The notes beneath the pieces are model-generated. The model searched no databases. It worked only from the letters and a program-made list of their open reading frames with translations, and was not told where the DNA came from. A DNA stretch of 64,000 nucleotides from positions 20,560 to 84,559 of IMG/VR virus record IMGVR_UViG_3300038679_000021; one strand, written 5' to 3'. The translations under genes were made by a program, and so were the position numbers. Source of the stretch: a virus. Its lineage: Duplodnaviria; Caudoviricetes. Below are positions 46,178 through 56,056 of the stretch, piece after piece; the stretch's first letter is position 1, and each line of letters starts with the position of its first letter.

Positions 46178-46878
46178 ACCTTCCTCGCAAGAAACAAGAT
46201 GTAGTGCCCCAGTCCGAAGGACTCGTCAATTTCAATCTCAAACCCTGCCTTCTTCAGAAGATACCGGCATTGCTTCCTTGTAAGAACTCGAACATGCCCA
46301 TTAACTCCGCTGAAAGTGGGATGATTGTGGGGTCTGTTATCCCCTCGCATCATGCTCGATCCGGAACACCATCCTCCAATATACTCCCCGCAGCATGGTT
46401 GAAGAGAAAAGGGCACCTTCCCGCAAAGAAGGGCGAAGATATTCGGAAGAGAACTGAGCCCTTCAGTAGCCAGCAACAGCCTACCTCCCGGCTTCAGAAT
46501 TCGATGAAGCTCGGACAAAAACCAAGTGGTATTGTGCAGATGCTCGATTACTTGCTCACAAATAATGAAATCAACACTGTTGTTGTCCCAAGGTAGCCTT
46601 ACAGTGTTGAAGTCCATGTTTCTGGCGTAGATTGCGTCGGCAACTACGATATTGGGCCATCGCCTTCCATCGTTTCCGCCTATGTTGACAGCCAAAGCAT
46701 CTGGCTTGATGAGTCTCTTACCAAGTTCTTCGGCCCTAGCTTCGCAACCTCCGGAAGACATCTTCCTGAAGTAGTAGGCAAGAAGGTTGACAAAACCCCC
46801 TCGCTGCATGTTTCTCTCTGGACCATCTACGATAAAGTTCATGTTTCCCTTATTTCCAGTGGTGACCATTCTTCTCAA
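46174..46878 (-). CDS. Class I (type 11-like) methyltransferase
   Basis: LPWDNNSVDFIICEQVIEHL...LHRILKPGGRLLL. Confidence 0.85.
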   Translation of the reverse strand: MRRMVTTGNKGNMNFIVDGPERNMQRGGFVNLLAYYFRKMSSGGCEARAEELGKRLIKPDALAVNIGGNDGRRWPNIVVADAIYARNMDFNTVRLPWDNNSVDFIICEQVIEHLHNTTWFLSELHRILKPGGRLLLATEGLSSLPNIFALLCGKVPFSLQPCCGEYIGGWCSGSSMMRGDNRPHNHPTFSGVNGHVRVLTRKQCRYLLKKAGFEIEIDESFGLGHYILFLARKV

Positions 46879-47093
46879 AAAGCATCGTGATCGAAAGGTA
46901 CAGTCTTCGAAGAAAAGGTATCATATCTTACCTGCTTTCCGGTCGAGGATGAAAGCTATAACGCAAAGAACCACTACAAAAGCGAGATACAAATACGCTC
47001 CAATTGGAGAGAGTATCATCTCGATAATCGAGTTCCCACTTTTCTCCAAAGACGAATAAGGAGAAAGTGACTCCGCTGTTCGGATTACGTTTG

Positions 47094-47798
47094 TCATGGG
47101 TTGATTACCAAATGCTCACGGCTGATGTACTTCCATGAAAGTCCGTTGCAGAAGTTGACGACATCTCGCGTAATCCCGTGGTGAAGTTCAACAACCCATT
47201 TGATGTTGTTTGAAACGATGAAATCGCGAAACCTCTTGGACCGGAAGAAGGCATACTCAGAGCCTTCGATGTCCATCTTGATAACAGCAGGAATGCCAAA
47301 GAGCATCGCCGCCTCATCAAAACACATAGACCGAAGATGGCCGGGTTCCATGCGGTTATTCGCTCTGGCCGTTGTTGGAGGGGTGAAAAGAACAGGTTCC
47401 ACAGTCAACGGAAGGGTTACGCATCGAACATTGCGAACGAAATTGTTCTTAGCAACACCCTTCCAAAGAAGGCTCATGGCTGCTGGGGAGATATCGAAAG
47501 CAACAACAGAGATTCCCTTCTTTGCCATCCCAAGAGTATAGACTCCGGAGTTGCATCCGACATCCCACACAGAGCCTCTGGCATTGAAAAGCTCATCAGC
47601 AATACCCTCGGCCTCTTCGAAGTCCTTCCCTCTCATAAAGAGGGCAAACGGCTGATCTCGGATATTCATGCAAACACGGCATCCGAAAATCTTCCTTGAG
47701 ATAACCAAAGGAGGGGCCAGTTTGTGCCAGATGGCCGCTGCTACCCTTCCGCCTTTAGACCATGTGATGTCATTAACAATCTTGATCCACTTGTTCAT
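47094..47798 (-). CDS. FkbM-family methyltransferase
   Basis: VWDVGCNSG; VAFDIS; IKMDIEGSE. Confidence 0.85.
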   Translation of the reverse strand: MNKWIKIVNDITWSKGGRVAAAIWHKLAPPLVISRKIFGCRVCMNIRDQPFALFMRGKDFEEAEGIADELFNARGSVWDVGCNSGVYTLGMAKKGISVVAFDISPAAMSLLWKGVAKNNFVRNVRCVTLPLTVEPVLFTPPTTARANNRMEPGHLRSMCFDEAAMLFGIPAVIKMDIEGSEYAFFRSKRFRDFIVSNNIKWVVELHHGITRDVVNFCNGLSWKYISREHLVINP

Positions 47799-48190
47799 AG
47801 GTTCCTTATTCGTTTGCAGAGCTTGCAGCGTACCTGCACTTTTGTCGTGATGTTCAAGACCTCAAGAGAATCAGCAGGGCACACGCAGATTTCAGCATCC
47901 GATAGGATCTTAGCAGGACTCCATCTCCCTGATTCATTCCCATGAACAGTCTTTATGGTATTGCCTACAATGACAAACACGAAGTTGCTTGCCATGTAGT
48001 AATCGGCTTCCTCAAGATCGTGATTGAGTAGAGCCTTAACGCTATTGACAGGGTTCAGTTCCGCTCTCTGGGCTACAGCCAGAAGCGCGAGCATCTTCGA
48101 TTTGACGCGATCATCTGAATACTTCGCCCCTGTCCTCTCCCGCCAACGCCGAACAGCGTGGTTGGAGATAACAAGATCAGAAGTGTTCAT
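47795..48190 (-). CDS. Hypothetical protein (HA..R..ER motif, C-terminal Zn ribbon)
   Basis: ISNHAVRRWRER; CVC...CKLC. Confidence 0.5.
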   Translation of the reverse strand: MNTSDLVISNHAVRRWRERTGAKYSDDRVKSKMLALLAVAQRAELNPVNSVKALLNHDLEEADYYMASNFVFVIVGNTIKTVHGNESGRWSPAKILSDAEICVCPADSLEVLNITTKVQVRCKLCKRIRNL

Positions 48191-48354
48191 TCATCGTCTT
48201 TCGGAATAAGCTCGAAAGAACCATCTGTCCGCTTGTTGGCTTCGAAAACCGAAGGGTCTTCTTCAGCGAGAACATCGATGGTGACATCCGAGTCGTCCGT
48301 GCAACCAAGGTCTTCGAGCATCTTCTTAACGATTCCGTATTTCATGTTTACCTC

Positions 48355-49008
48355 TTAGTTAAGGGCCGAAACCAAACACTTGAACAGCGCAGGGTTCTTC
48401 TTGCGAAGCTCACTGAGAAACATCTCCATAAGTTGACGCATCTGCGGGTGCGCTGCGGGGCTGGTCCTCTGCTTGAGAATCGTAACCCATTCCCTGAGAT
48501 TGGCTGTCATCACGATCTCTGTCTTCAGGGAGTTGGGAAGAACGTTTCTCGCAAACTGAGGGGAGACGCCCTTCTCAAGCATCTTGGAATACGCCTTTGC
48601 AGTCTCGGTGCAAATGTGCTTCCAAACAATCCTAGCGTGAGGGTTATCAAGGAGGAAACCAGCGTCGATAAACACCGTCCCCCTCTTATCGTAGTTCACG
48701 TATCTTGTAGACTCTTGGGAGAATGAAGCAAGGCGGTGCCTCACCAACTCGTGAGTAATGCCCCGGTCGGTAATGAATCGCACAGTGATGTGTGCGTGTT
48801 CAATCACTGAGTTATGTCCTCTTTTAACGAGTCGCTTGAAGAACTCAGTGGCGGTGCCGGGACCAATAGCCCCTTCACTCTTCCAGCAAGTCCTTCCTGC
48901 GATCTCGATCAACTTCAGGGCATTCGGAGTGATATGAAGGATTTCGGCACTTTGTGGGATGAATGTTACGGCCATAAAAGGGTATACCTTTGCGTCATAA
49001 GCCACCAC
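48355..49008 (-). CDS. thyX: FAD-dependent thymidylate synthase
   Basis: GHNSVIEH and RHRLASFSQESTRY signature; NLREW...R....AH.QMR. Confidence 0.96.
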   Translation of the reverse strand: MVAYDAKVYPFMAVTFIPQSAEILHITPNALKLIEIAGRTCWKSEGAIGPGTATEFFKRLVKRGHNSVIEHAHITVRFITDRGITHELVRHRLASFSQESTRYVNYDKRGTVFIDAGFLLDNPHARIVWKHICTETAKAYSKMLEKGVSPQFARNVLPNSLKTEIVMTANLREWVTILKQRTSPAAHPQMRQLMEMFLSELRKKNPALFKCLVSALN

Positions 49009-49063
49009 ATTAGGTACAAGGAGATACCTACTGCGATAGCTAGTTTGATTTTATCCCAGAACA

Positions 49064-49441
49064 TTAGGCCAGCTCAAGGATCAGGGCCGGAGAGCCAACC
49101 TGACGCGCCTTCGCAGCCTCAAAAGCCGCGTTCGTGGTGGTGAATACGCCACCAGCGTCAATGATATCCTTGGATTCCTTCAGGCCATAGAAGAACATAG
49201 CGCGAAGCTCTTTGATCGCTGCGATCTTGTTCACAAAAACCCCAGCCATTTGTCCCACTTCGCGAACACGGGCCTTAATCTTGGCGTTGGGGTCAGCAAC
49301 CTTCTTCGTGCAAGGGCGCGGAGTCCTCTGCGCGGCCATCCCGATACGGGCAAAAGCGAAGACAGTTTCTTGGTCGGGGTTGCTCAAAACAATGTGGTTC
49401 AACATCGTAATGAGGTCATTGGTGTCAACGAGTACTTTCAT
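49064..49441 (-). CDS. Protein with ribosomal protein bL12 (L7/L12) C-terminal-like domain
   Basis: NKIAAIKELRAMFFYGLKESKDIID matches the K(I/V)..IK.VR...GLGLKEAK..VE pattern. Confidence 0.8.
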   Translation of the reverse strand: MKVLVDTNDLITMLNHIVLSNPDQETVFAFARIGMAAQRTPRPCTKKVADPNAKIKARVREVGQMAGVFVNKIAAIKELRAMFFYGLKESKDIIDAGGVFTTTNAAFEAAKARQVGSPALILELA

Positions 49442-49444
49442 GCG

Positions 49445-49810
49445 CTACCTTTCCGGGGTATGTTCCCCATCTGCTTTTGATACTAACACTCCATCACCTT
49501 CCACAAACTCAAGCTCGGAGAGATTAGCTACATCGAAAAGGTGTTCCTTGTTCCTATCAGATTGGTACTCTTGCAGGCGTCGGATCATGTCGGAAACTCT
49601 GTCGAATTTAGGTTTCCCCTTTACACCAAGTTGACCATACCTGAAAGCTCCCATCATCTTCCTGAGAATACGCCCTTCTTCAAAGGCGTGGCTACGTTCC
49701 GTCCTTCGGAGTTCTTTCGTGTCAGGGAGAATCTCAGGAACCATATCGAATCGTCCTCCGGAAACATTCCGATAAAGACTCTTCCAGAGAAGAGAAAGAA
49801 CTGAGGGCAT
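49445..49810 (-). CDS. Hypothetical phage protein
   Basis: MGAFRYG...EHLFDVANLSELEF; start uncertain. Confidence 0.55.
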   Translation of the reverse strand: MPSVLSLLWKSLYRNVSGGRFDMVPEILPDTKELRRTERSHAFEEGRILRKMMGAFRYGQLGVKGKPKFDRVSDMIRRLQEYQSDRNKEHLFDVANLSELEFVEGDGVLVSKADGEHTPER

Positions 49811-50160
49811 GCAGCAAAATCTCCAAGGGTTGCGTGCGTAGTGTAGGGCAGGAAACTATGCGATGCAAGCTAAAAGGCTTCCGGGGCACCTTTCCCATCC
49901 GGAGGCAACTGAGATACACCGACTTTTTCGGGGCGATCCAGCATCAGATAGATCAGAAAAGCTAAGGACACAATTCCTCCGAAAATCGCGACGGGAGCCC
50001 AGACGAATAACAGAGCTACAACCCAGCTTGCGATGATTCCCCATAACTTGAGGGAGATCATCAGTGCGTTGAGAAGGAGATACCAGAGGATGAAGTGCAT
50101 CGCAACAACCTTTCATTTCCCTTACCTTATCGTATTGAGAGGTTGCTGTCAACACCGTAT

Positions 50161-50367
50161 TCACTTCTCGATCCACACAATATGCGTTGCCCATGCGGGG
50201 CGTTCAGTCTCAACAAACTCAGAAATCTTCACGGGGAACTCATCATCAAGACAAGTCCCGTCGGAGAAGTAAGCAGTTCCGTCTTCATCGTTTACTGCTC
50301 CGAAGCAAACCAGCTTCAAGAAGACAGAGAACTTATGAGCGGAACCTTCTGGGATGGAAGTTTTCAT
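50161..50367 (-). CDS. Hypothetical protein
   Basis: ATGA overlap with upstream small ORF. Confidence 0.45.
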   Translation of the reverse strand: MKTSIPEGSAHKFSVFLKLVCFGAVNDEDGTAYFSDGTCLDDEFPVKISEFVETERPAWATHIVWIEK

Positions 50368-50699
50368 TGTATAGTGCGTCGTGGATGATACTTGTCTCTG
50401 TGTTGGTTAGCAGATGGAGCATGAACACCCGTAACTGCGGGTATGTCTTTCCCATCTCCTTTGTGGCTGCGATTTCCTTACGGTAGTTGGTTCTCCAGAG
50501 CCAGAGGAAGAACTTATATCCGTAGACAAAGAACGTGTCTCGAAAGCTCAATCTCTGTCCCTCCCAACAATTTTCAACTGTCGCTTGAGTTCCTCTACCT
50601 TCTTCTTCCACCGAATGCGGTCGGAAATACAGAAAGGAAGGTAGACAGCAGAAGCAATCAGAACCCCCAAAGACACTCCAAATGAAATCCAAAGGTGGG

Positions 50700-50939
50700 T
50701 CATCGGCCCTCCTTACGCAAGAGGTTCTCCATCTCCGTGATCTTCTGCTCAACGTACACCAGAAACTTCCAGTGGCCCCTGTCGTAATGCCCATGGATAG
50801 GGAACTCGCAGCGATGAAAGATTCCATTCACAAAGGTGATTGTGAACTGTTGCCCGTTAAATGGAGAGGCAAACTCTTCTGGTACTTGGAACATAAAACG
50901 GTCTTCAGTGATGCGGCCATAATCTTTTCCGGTACTCAT
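50700..50939 (-). CDS. Hypothetical protein
   Basis: AAGGA RBS; coupled. Confidence 0.5.
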   Translation of the reverse strand: MSTGKDYGRITEDRFMFQVPEEFASPFNGQQFTITFVNGIFHRCEFPIHGHYDRGHWKFLVYVEQKITEMENLLRKEGR

Positions 50940-50941
50940 GA

Positions 50942-51496
50942 TTATCCTTTCAGTACGATTTTAACTTTCCTTCCAACCAAAGCGCGTCCGTCTCCATTAC
51001 AGCGGAAAGAAAAAGCCCATTCTGTCGGACCTAATCTTCCTTCCAATCCGACAGTTGCGATGTAAACTTTAGAATCAATCTGTTTGATCTGAATGATTTC
51101 TCCATTCCGAAGGATTCTTTCCGTCCGAACTCGTTGAGCGCGGACAGGTTCGCGGGAGGCACGGAGAGGTTTGACAGCACAGGAGGGTGCCGAGGCACGG
51201 AGGGAAGCACGAACTGAGGCAGCCAAGGCGAGGGCCTCATTCTGGTTCACCCTCTTGAGCAGGGTTCTCGGTGAGACGCCAGATTTCTCTCCACAGTAAA
51301 TGTTTGGGTGGTTGATATGCGCCCTCAAAACGGGAAGCTTCCGGAGATCAAGCTTCTGGGTGGGTTCCTCCACACACTCTACAGGCATCCTTCGGTGGCC
51401 GCAATATGGTTGGTTACAGCCGTGCATTCCTACATGCGATCTAGCGTGAGGACAACCGTACTTCTTACACTCTTCGATTGCTTTGTTGCAGATCAT
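50942..51496 (-). CDS. Hypothetical protein (Cys/His-rich N-terminus)
   Basis: Coupled ORF with internal RAS-rich stretch. Confidence 0.45.
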   Translation of the reverse strand: MICNKAIEECKKYGCPHARSHVGMHGCNQPYCGHRRMPVECVEEPTQKLDLRKLPVLRAHINHPNIYCGEKSGVSPRTLLKRVNQNEALALAASVRASLRASAPSCAVKPLRASREPVRAQRVRTERILRNGEIIQIKQIDSKVYIATVGLEGRLGPTEWAFSFRCNGDGRALVGRKVKIVLKG

Positions 51497-51499
51497 ATT

Positions 51500-51931
51500 T
51501 CACCTAAACCAATGCCGGAAAGCCTGAATGAAAGCCTTCGCGGCGTAGCTCAACGTTGCGCGTTCTTTTTCTTTGTAGAACACTCCAAACTTCTTTCCCC
51601 ATTCCTCTCGACGCTTTCCAATCTCATTGAGAGTTTTGAGGTCAGGTTTCTTGTTATACTTCTCGCACAACAAGGTGGTTTGCCTTTCGTGTTCTTCCGC
51701 TTCGGGGCTGTGGGCGACTGCGAACTGCCGATCCGCAGCAATACTGAAGGCCCTAGCCTTATCTCTCCGAGTATAAACATAGACCCCTCCGGCCAGATAG
51801 GCTCTGACTGCTAGTTTGATATCTCCGGAACGGATAGCATCCTGCACCCACTGAGGAAAGATTCTAATGCTCAGTTTTTCCTCGGGCTGAGAGCTTATTC
51901 GGTACGCTCTTATTTCGAACCATTCGCTCAT
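51500..51931 (-). CDS. Hypothetical protein
   Basis: Likely start MSEWFE (ATGA overlap). Confidence 0.5.
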   Translation of the reverse strand: MSEWFEIRAYRISSQPEEKLSIRIFPQWVQDAIRSGDIKLAVRAYLAGGVYVYTRRDKARAFSIAADRQFAVAHSPEAEEHERQTTLLCEKYNKKPDLKTLNEIGKRREEWGKKFGVFYKEKERATLSYAAKAFIQAFRHWFR

Positions 51932-52119
51932 ACTTTCTCCTTGTATTCTCCACACCATTGCTCTGGTAGGACATCCGGCCAAGCTGTTACAGTTGCTCGG
52001 TTGAGAAATCCGATAAACGTAGTCCAGAGCCCCCAAGAGCCGCTGGTGACTTTCGGAGGATATCTTCGACACGTCTCTGTTTCAGTATCGAAGAAGAAAC
52101 ACGTCTCGCAGTTTCTCAT
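51928..52119 (-). CDS. Small Cys-rich protein
   Basis: CETC...CRRYPP...WCGE; ATGA overlaps at both ends. Confidence 0.55.
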   Translation of the reverse strand: MRNCETCFFFDTETETCRRYPPKVTSGSWGLWTTFIGFLNRATVTAWPDVLPEQWCGEYKEKV

Positions 52120-52313
52120 TGTTGAATCACATTCACAATGGAGTTCCAGTGCGTTCCTTCTTCCTCGATTACTTTGGTGAAGTCTTCGATCAAGAATTGC
52201 GGAGCCACTCCCCGCAAAGCGCAACGTTGATTCTCCGCTTGCATACCCATTGCTCGGATCATAGCCGTGGTGCAACGGGCGTTAATCATTGCTGCTTTGA
52301 GTTCGTCACTCAT
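52116..52313 (-). CDS. Hypothetical protein
   Basis: AAGGAG RBS. Confidence 0.55.
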   Translation of the reverse strand: MSDELKAAMINARCTTAMIRAMGMQAENQRCALRGVAPQFLIEDFTKVIEEEGTHWNSIVNVIQQ

Positions 52314-52419
52314 ACTTCTCCTTGTAGGCCAAGGCGCGTTGACTCACGCAGCATACGATCTGCCGCCGGATTTCATCGCGCCGGAATAATCCGGTTCCCT
52401 TTGTCGCCTACTCTGCCAC

Positions 52420-52608
52420 CTAATAAAACTTGTTCGTCGTGTTGTTTACTGGTTTCACTTCCCTATAAGTACCCGCCCAGAAGGGATTGCAGGAACTTGC
52501 TACGCAAGGCACGGGCGCATCGAGAACCGCGTTGACGGCTGCACAACCCGTAAGAAACAACACCGCCTGAGCGGCGAGGATAACTACAAGTGATCGTGTA
52601 AAGCTCAT
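52420..52608 (-). CDS. Small predicted lipoprotein
   Basis: MSFTRSLVVILAAQAVLFLTGC lipobox; ATGA overlap with upstream ORF. Confidence 0.55.
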   Translation of the reverse strand: MSFTRSLVVILAAQAVLFLTGCAAVNAVLDAPVPCVASSCNPFWAGTYREVKPVNNTTNKFY

Positions 52609-52915
52609 AAACAGCCCATCCCTTCGTTGTGCCAAGTCCCATTGCAGTTACACATCTTAATCGCTCCACAGTCTTCGCAGAGTCTTCCGCACCCGCCTAC
52701 TCCGTGGCAGGTCTCGCAATCTCCGAGAAACCAGTGTAAAAGAGCGCGTCGTTGAGGGTCTTTCTCAACTTTCAGCTTCTTCTTAACTTCGTGTTCTGTT
52801 CTCATGGTTTTTCGTCTGCAATCGTGTGCAGGTAGTTTTTCCTATCTCAAAGCGAAGAAAACACAAGCCAGAATGATCCACAAGGCGATCTTGAAATCTG
52901 ACTTGTCTTGCGGGC

Positions 52916-53344
52916 TCATATCTTCTCCAGAACCACAAGGAGTTGTTCGCCGTCTCTCCGGCAGGAAATCTTCTTGAACTTCCCCTTCGAGTACCAAGGA
53001 TACTTCTGCCCCCAGAACGTTTCCGGACAGAAGTAATCGAAAGACTCCTCATTGAAGAAATGAAGGTGCGTAGGGTCGGTAAAGGCCACTCGGGTATCCC
53101 ACAAACACGTCCGTATAGTAACCGTTCCCCCTACCTTTAGTACTCGGTGGATTTCTTCCATCGCCGGGATTACGTCCCGAAGATGTTCGATGATATCAAG
53201 GGCCTTAACGGCTTCGAACATTCCGTCTTGAAAAGGCCAAGGCGTGATGTTCAAATCCCACCGTATGGTGCCGGGGATCTCACGGATATCAACGTTGGTT
53301 TCGTACTTGGAGGGGTTTCCTCCGCATCCGATGTTGAGGATCAT
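52916..53344 (-). CDS. Class I (type 11-like) methyltransferase
   Basis: LNIGCG; WDLNITPWPFQDGMFEAV.ALDIIEHL; EEIHRVLKVGG. Confidence 0.88.
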   Translation of the reverse strand: MILNIGCGGNPSKYETNVDIREIPGTIRWDLNITPWPFQDGMFEAVKALDIIEHLRDVIPAMEEIHRVLKVGGTVTIRTCLWDTRVAFTDPTHLHFFNEESFDYFCPETFWGQKYPWYSKGKFKKISCRRDGEQLLVVLEKI

Positions 53345-53910
53345 TTTACTTCCTCCAAAAGCTTCCGAATAAAAGGAATCCACTTGAACTTCGCCAAGAA
53401 AGCCTTGAGCTTTCCGTACTTCGCGTCCAGCAAAGAACCAGCCGCGAGAAGCTTCAACTCCCTTGCCCGTTGGGTAGCCAGTTCGTCCTTCAGTGCATAG
53501 CAGTCTACCGCAAGAGCCTCCCGACCGGCAAGAGCTTCGTGCATAGAAGCATCCAACTCGGCAACCTTTGCTCTGGCGTGGACCAAATCCTCGGAGAGTT
53601 GGGCCATATTATTGTTGTCGAGGTCGATTCGACGCCGGAGATCAACAACAGTTTTCTCAAGTTCGGCGTACTTCTTGGAGACGATGCCAAGAGCTTGTTC
53701 AGCAGCCGCTCGCTCCCCAGCAATCAACGTAGCGTTTGCGCGGGCTTCGTGGAGAGCTTTCTCCAAGCCCTGAGAAACTTCTCTGGCAGCTTGAGCATCG
53801 GCACAAGACTTAATCTCCATACTCCGAGCTTTGGAGACTTCAGTTTGGCAGAGGTCAACTGCACATTGAGCGGTTTCGATTGCCTTCTTCAACTGATCTT
53901 TCAGTGTCAT
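53341..53910 (-). CDS. Coiled-coil protein
   Basis: Ala/Glu/Leu-rich heptads. Confidence 0.55.
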   Translation of the reverse strand: MTLKDQLKKAIETAQCAVDLCQTEVSKARSMEIKSCADAQAAREVSQGLEKALHEARANATLIAGERAAAEQALGIVSKKYAELEKTVVDLRRRIDLDNNNMAQLSEDLVHARAKVAELDASMHEALAGREALAVDCYALKDELATQRARELKLLAAGSLLDAKYGKLKAFLAKFKWIPFIRKLLEEVK

Positions 53911-54113
53911 TCTCTTAGTCCTTCCAGTGCTTTTTCGATACTCTTGATCTCTTTCCGTAGCCTCACTGCCGGAGGATCGCCAAACTCCACTAGCCGGAGA
54001 TTCGAAAACTCCTGTTTCTTATAGCTGAGTTCCCTTGTAAGATAGGGAACAATCATAGCCCAGAGTTCCCGTCTTATCTCTTCGGGCAACGCATCAAGAT
54101 TGAGTGGTTTCAT
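53907..54113 (-). CDS. Hypothetical protein
   Basis: ATGA overlaps. Confidence 0.5.
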   Translation of the reverse strand: MKPLNLDALPEEIRRELWAMIVPYLTRELSYKKQEFSNLRLVEFGDPPAVRLRKEIKSIEKALEGLRE

Positions 54114-54655
54114 TTGTTTCCGCAAAAGGCGCAACACCCAGTCTCATCGACACAGGTAAGATGGCTTCCAGATAGTTCGCACTCAATGAGGGTTCTAACA
54201 ACAGAAGGTTTCTTCCTCAAAGCATCTGCGATTGCGGTTGCTATTTCGACGGGGGTAACACCAGCCTTTTCGTGAGCAACCTTGAGTTCCTCTGCGAGTT
54301 TGTCCACCCTTGCCTGAGCGGATTTATCCGAGTACTTTTTTCCGTATCTCACTCGGAGTTTTCTCAAATTAGCTTCGAGAGTCTCACTCCGAGTAATACC
54401 CAAGTTGCTCCGGAGTCCTTGCATGTAGAACTCCAAATCTCCCAACTCCTCAATGATGTTAGCCAAGTCAACAGGCTTTCGGTAAATAGCCACTTTCTTT
54501 ACTGCATCGAGGAGTTCTCCGGCCTCACCAGAAATCCCCACGGCCATGTGCAGTAAATCGCAGTCAGAAGGGGTAATACTCGCGAGTATTTCGTGCCCCG
54601 GCTTCTTGAGATCGCAAACCATTTCTGCGTGTTCTTCTTCGAGACTTTTAGCCAT
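54110..54655 (-). CDS. MazG-like nucleotide pyrophosphohydrolase
   Basis: LLHMAVGISGEAGELLDAVKK...EELGDLEFY...ANLRKLRVRY. Confidence 0.88.
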   Translation of the reverse strand: MAKSLEEEHAEMVCDLKKPGHEILASITPSDCDLLHMAVGISGEAGELLDAVKKVAIYRKPVDLANIIEELGDLEFYMQGLRSNLGITRSETLEANLRKLRVRYGKKYSDKSAQARVDKLAEELKVAHEKAGVTPVEIATAIADALRKKPSVVRTLIECELSGSHLTCVDETGCCAFCGNK

Positions 54656-54663
54656 ATTATTCC

Positions 54664-55056
54664 TTATGCGATTACCCATTCATCTGGGTTGGTGATGACT
54701 ACTTCCCTCACTGCAAACGCTGTCTTGCCGTCATTGTAGAGAATCCGATAAGCGAGTCCGGAACTCTTGCCAATAGCCAACTTCCCCGGCCTGAAGTCCT
54801 CGATGGTAATGCTCTTAACAGTCTTCCAAGCAAGCGGCTCGAAAACAATAGGGTCGAGAGATATCTCGCCTTTGTTGGTCTTGAGGAAAACCGTACCCTT
54901 CTCATCGCAGTGGCAATGGTACTCTCCGGCGGGGATGAGTTCACCCGCAAACCGAAGATCCCTAAGAGTCCTAACTTTCGTAGGGATAAAATCAGGCTTA
55001 ACTTTGAGGAGTATAGCCCGGTAGTAAGCTCCGCTACAGGATTTGGGTTCGTTCAT
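54664..55056 (-). CDS. Hypothetical protein
   Basis: Likely start MNEPKS. Confidence 0.5.
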   Translation of the reverse strand: MNEPKSCSGAYYRAILLKVKPDFIPTKVRTLRDLRFAGELIPAGEYHCHCDEKGTVFLKTNKGEISLDPIVFEPLAWKTVKSITIEDFRPGKLAIGKSSGLAYRILYNDGKTAFAVREVVITNPDEWVIA

Positions 55057-55354
55057 ACTATTCCTTTTGTTGCGTTTCGATCTTACCAACCGCGTGCATC
55101 ACAACTGAGAAACCCGGTTTGTCCTTTGCCGCAAAGAGTATCGCATGACCGATGGCTTCTTCGAGACTTTTAGCCATACTGCTCCCTATGTTTTCTGTTG
55201 AGTTTCATGTGCTTGCAGAGAAACTTCTCAATATCCTGAAGAGGCCAACCAATCCCACATCTCTGTAACTCCGCGCTCAGGTCATCCCTTGTTTTCTGGA
55301 TATACTCTCGCTCTTCGTGAGTAAAGGCATCAGGGTTACTGAACGGTGTGGTAA

Positions 55355-55663
55355 TCATCCCAACTCCTCCGGTTGCTCTTCGGAAATGGCGGCATCGATG
55401 CACTTAACTAGAGCGATGTTGGGGTCCAGCGTGGCAAACTGGTCTTTTATGAAGTTCAAGCGAGTGATTCTCGCGAGCTTCGCCTCACGCCATGCTTGGA
55501 TAGCTGCGTTGACGCCGTGATCGAAGGGTTTATCTGAAAACGCTACTGTATCTTCGAGGATTACAGTAGACACTCCACGAAGCAACTCACCAGCCCCGTA
55601 ATCGAAACCCTTGCGCCGTTCTTCGGCTTTACGTTCTTCTCTCCATTTAGAAAGCCAGTTCAT
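55355..55663 (-). CDS. Hypothetical protein
   Basis: 102 aa ORF in run. Confidence 0.5.
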   Translation of the reverse strand: MNWLSKWREERKAEERRKGFDYGAGELLRGVSTVILEDTVAFSDKPFDHGVNAAIQAWREAKLARITRLNFIKDQFATLDPNIALVKCIDAAISEEQPEELG

Positions 55664-55787
55664 ATGTATTTACTCAGGATAATCCCCAAGGTGAAAAGTA
55701 CCAGACCATGCTTGTAGTCCCTTTGCGAGAGTAGCACTCCCCCGTAAATGCCGCAAGCACATGCGAAGATGCTATCGAGAACAGCAA

Positions 55788-56033
55788 TCATAAGTCCCTC
55801 AACAGATCGGTGGTGTTGTTCGCGAGGTTTTGCAGGGTGATTGCCTTCTCCACATCAGGGTAGTTACAGTTTTTGCAACTCGCTACGCCTTCAAGATAAG
55901 CGAGCATCCGACGAAGCTGCCCCAGTGTGAGGATAGGCACGGGACTAAAAGGCAAGGTTAGGGGTGTACTCTCAGGAAGGGGTGCCACGAAGGGGCTGTC
56001 TAGCAGTTCGCGCAGTCTCATAATGTCCTCCAT
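55788..56033 (-). CDS. Hypothetical protein
   Basis: First ORF after the non-coding gap; GGAGG near start. Confidence 0.5.
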   Translation of the reverse strand: MEDIMRLRELLDSPFVAPLPESTPLTLPFSPVPILTLGQLRRMLAYLEGVASCKNCNYPDVEKAITLQNLANNTTDLLRDL

Positions 56034-56056
56034 TTTGGCTTGTGGCGAGTATAGGC

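Noticed and set aside
51150-51225. GAGGCACGGAG repeated twice (RAS-rich peptide)
   Set aside because: Short intragenic low-complexity repeat with no further structure.
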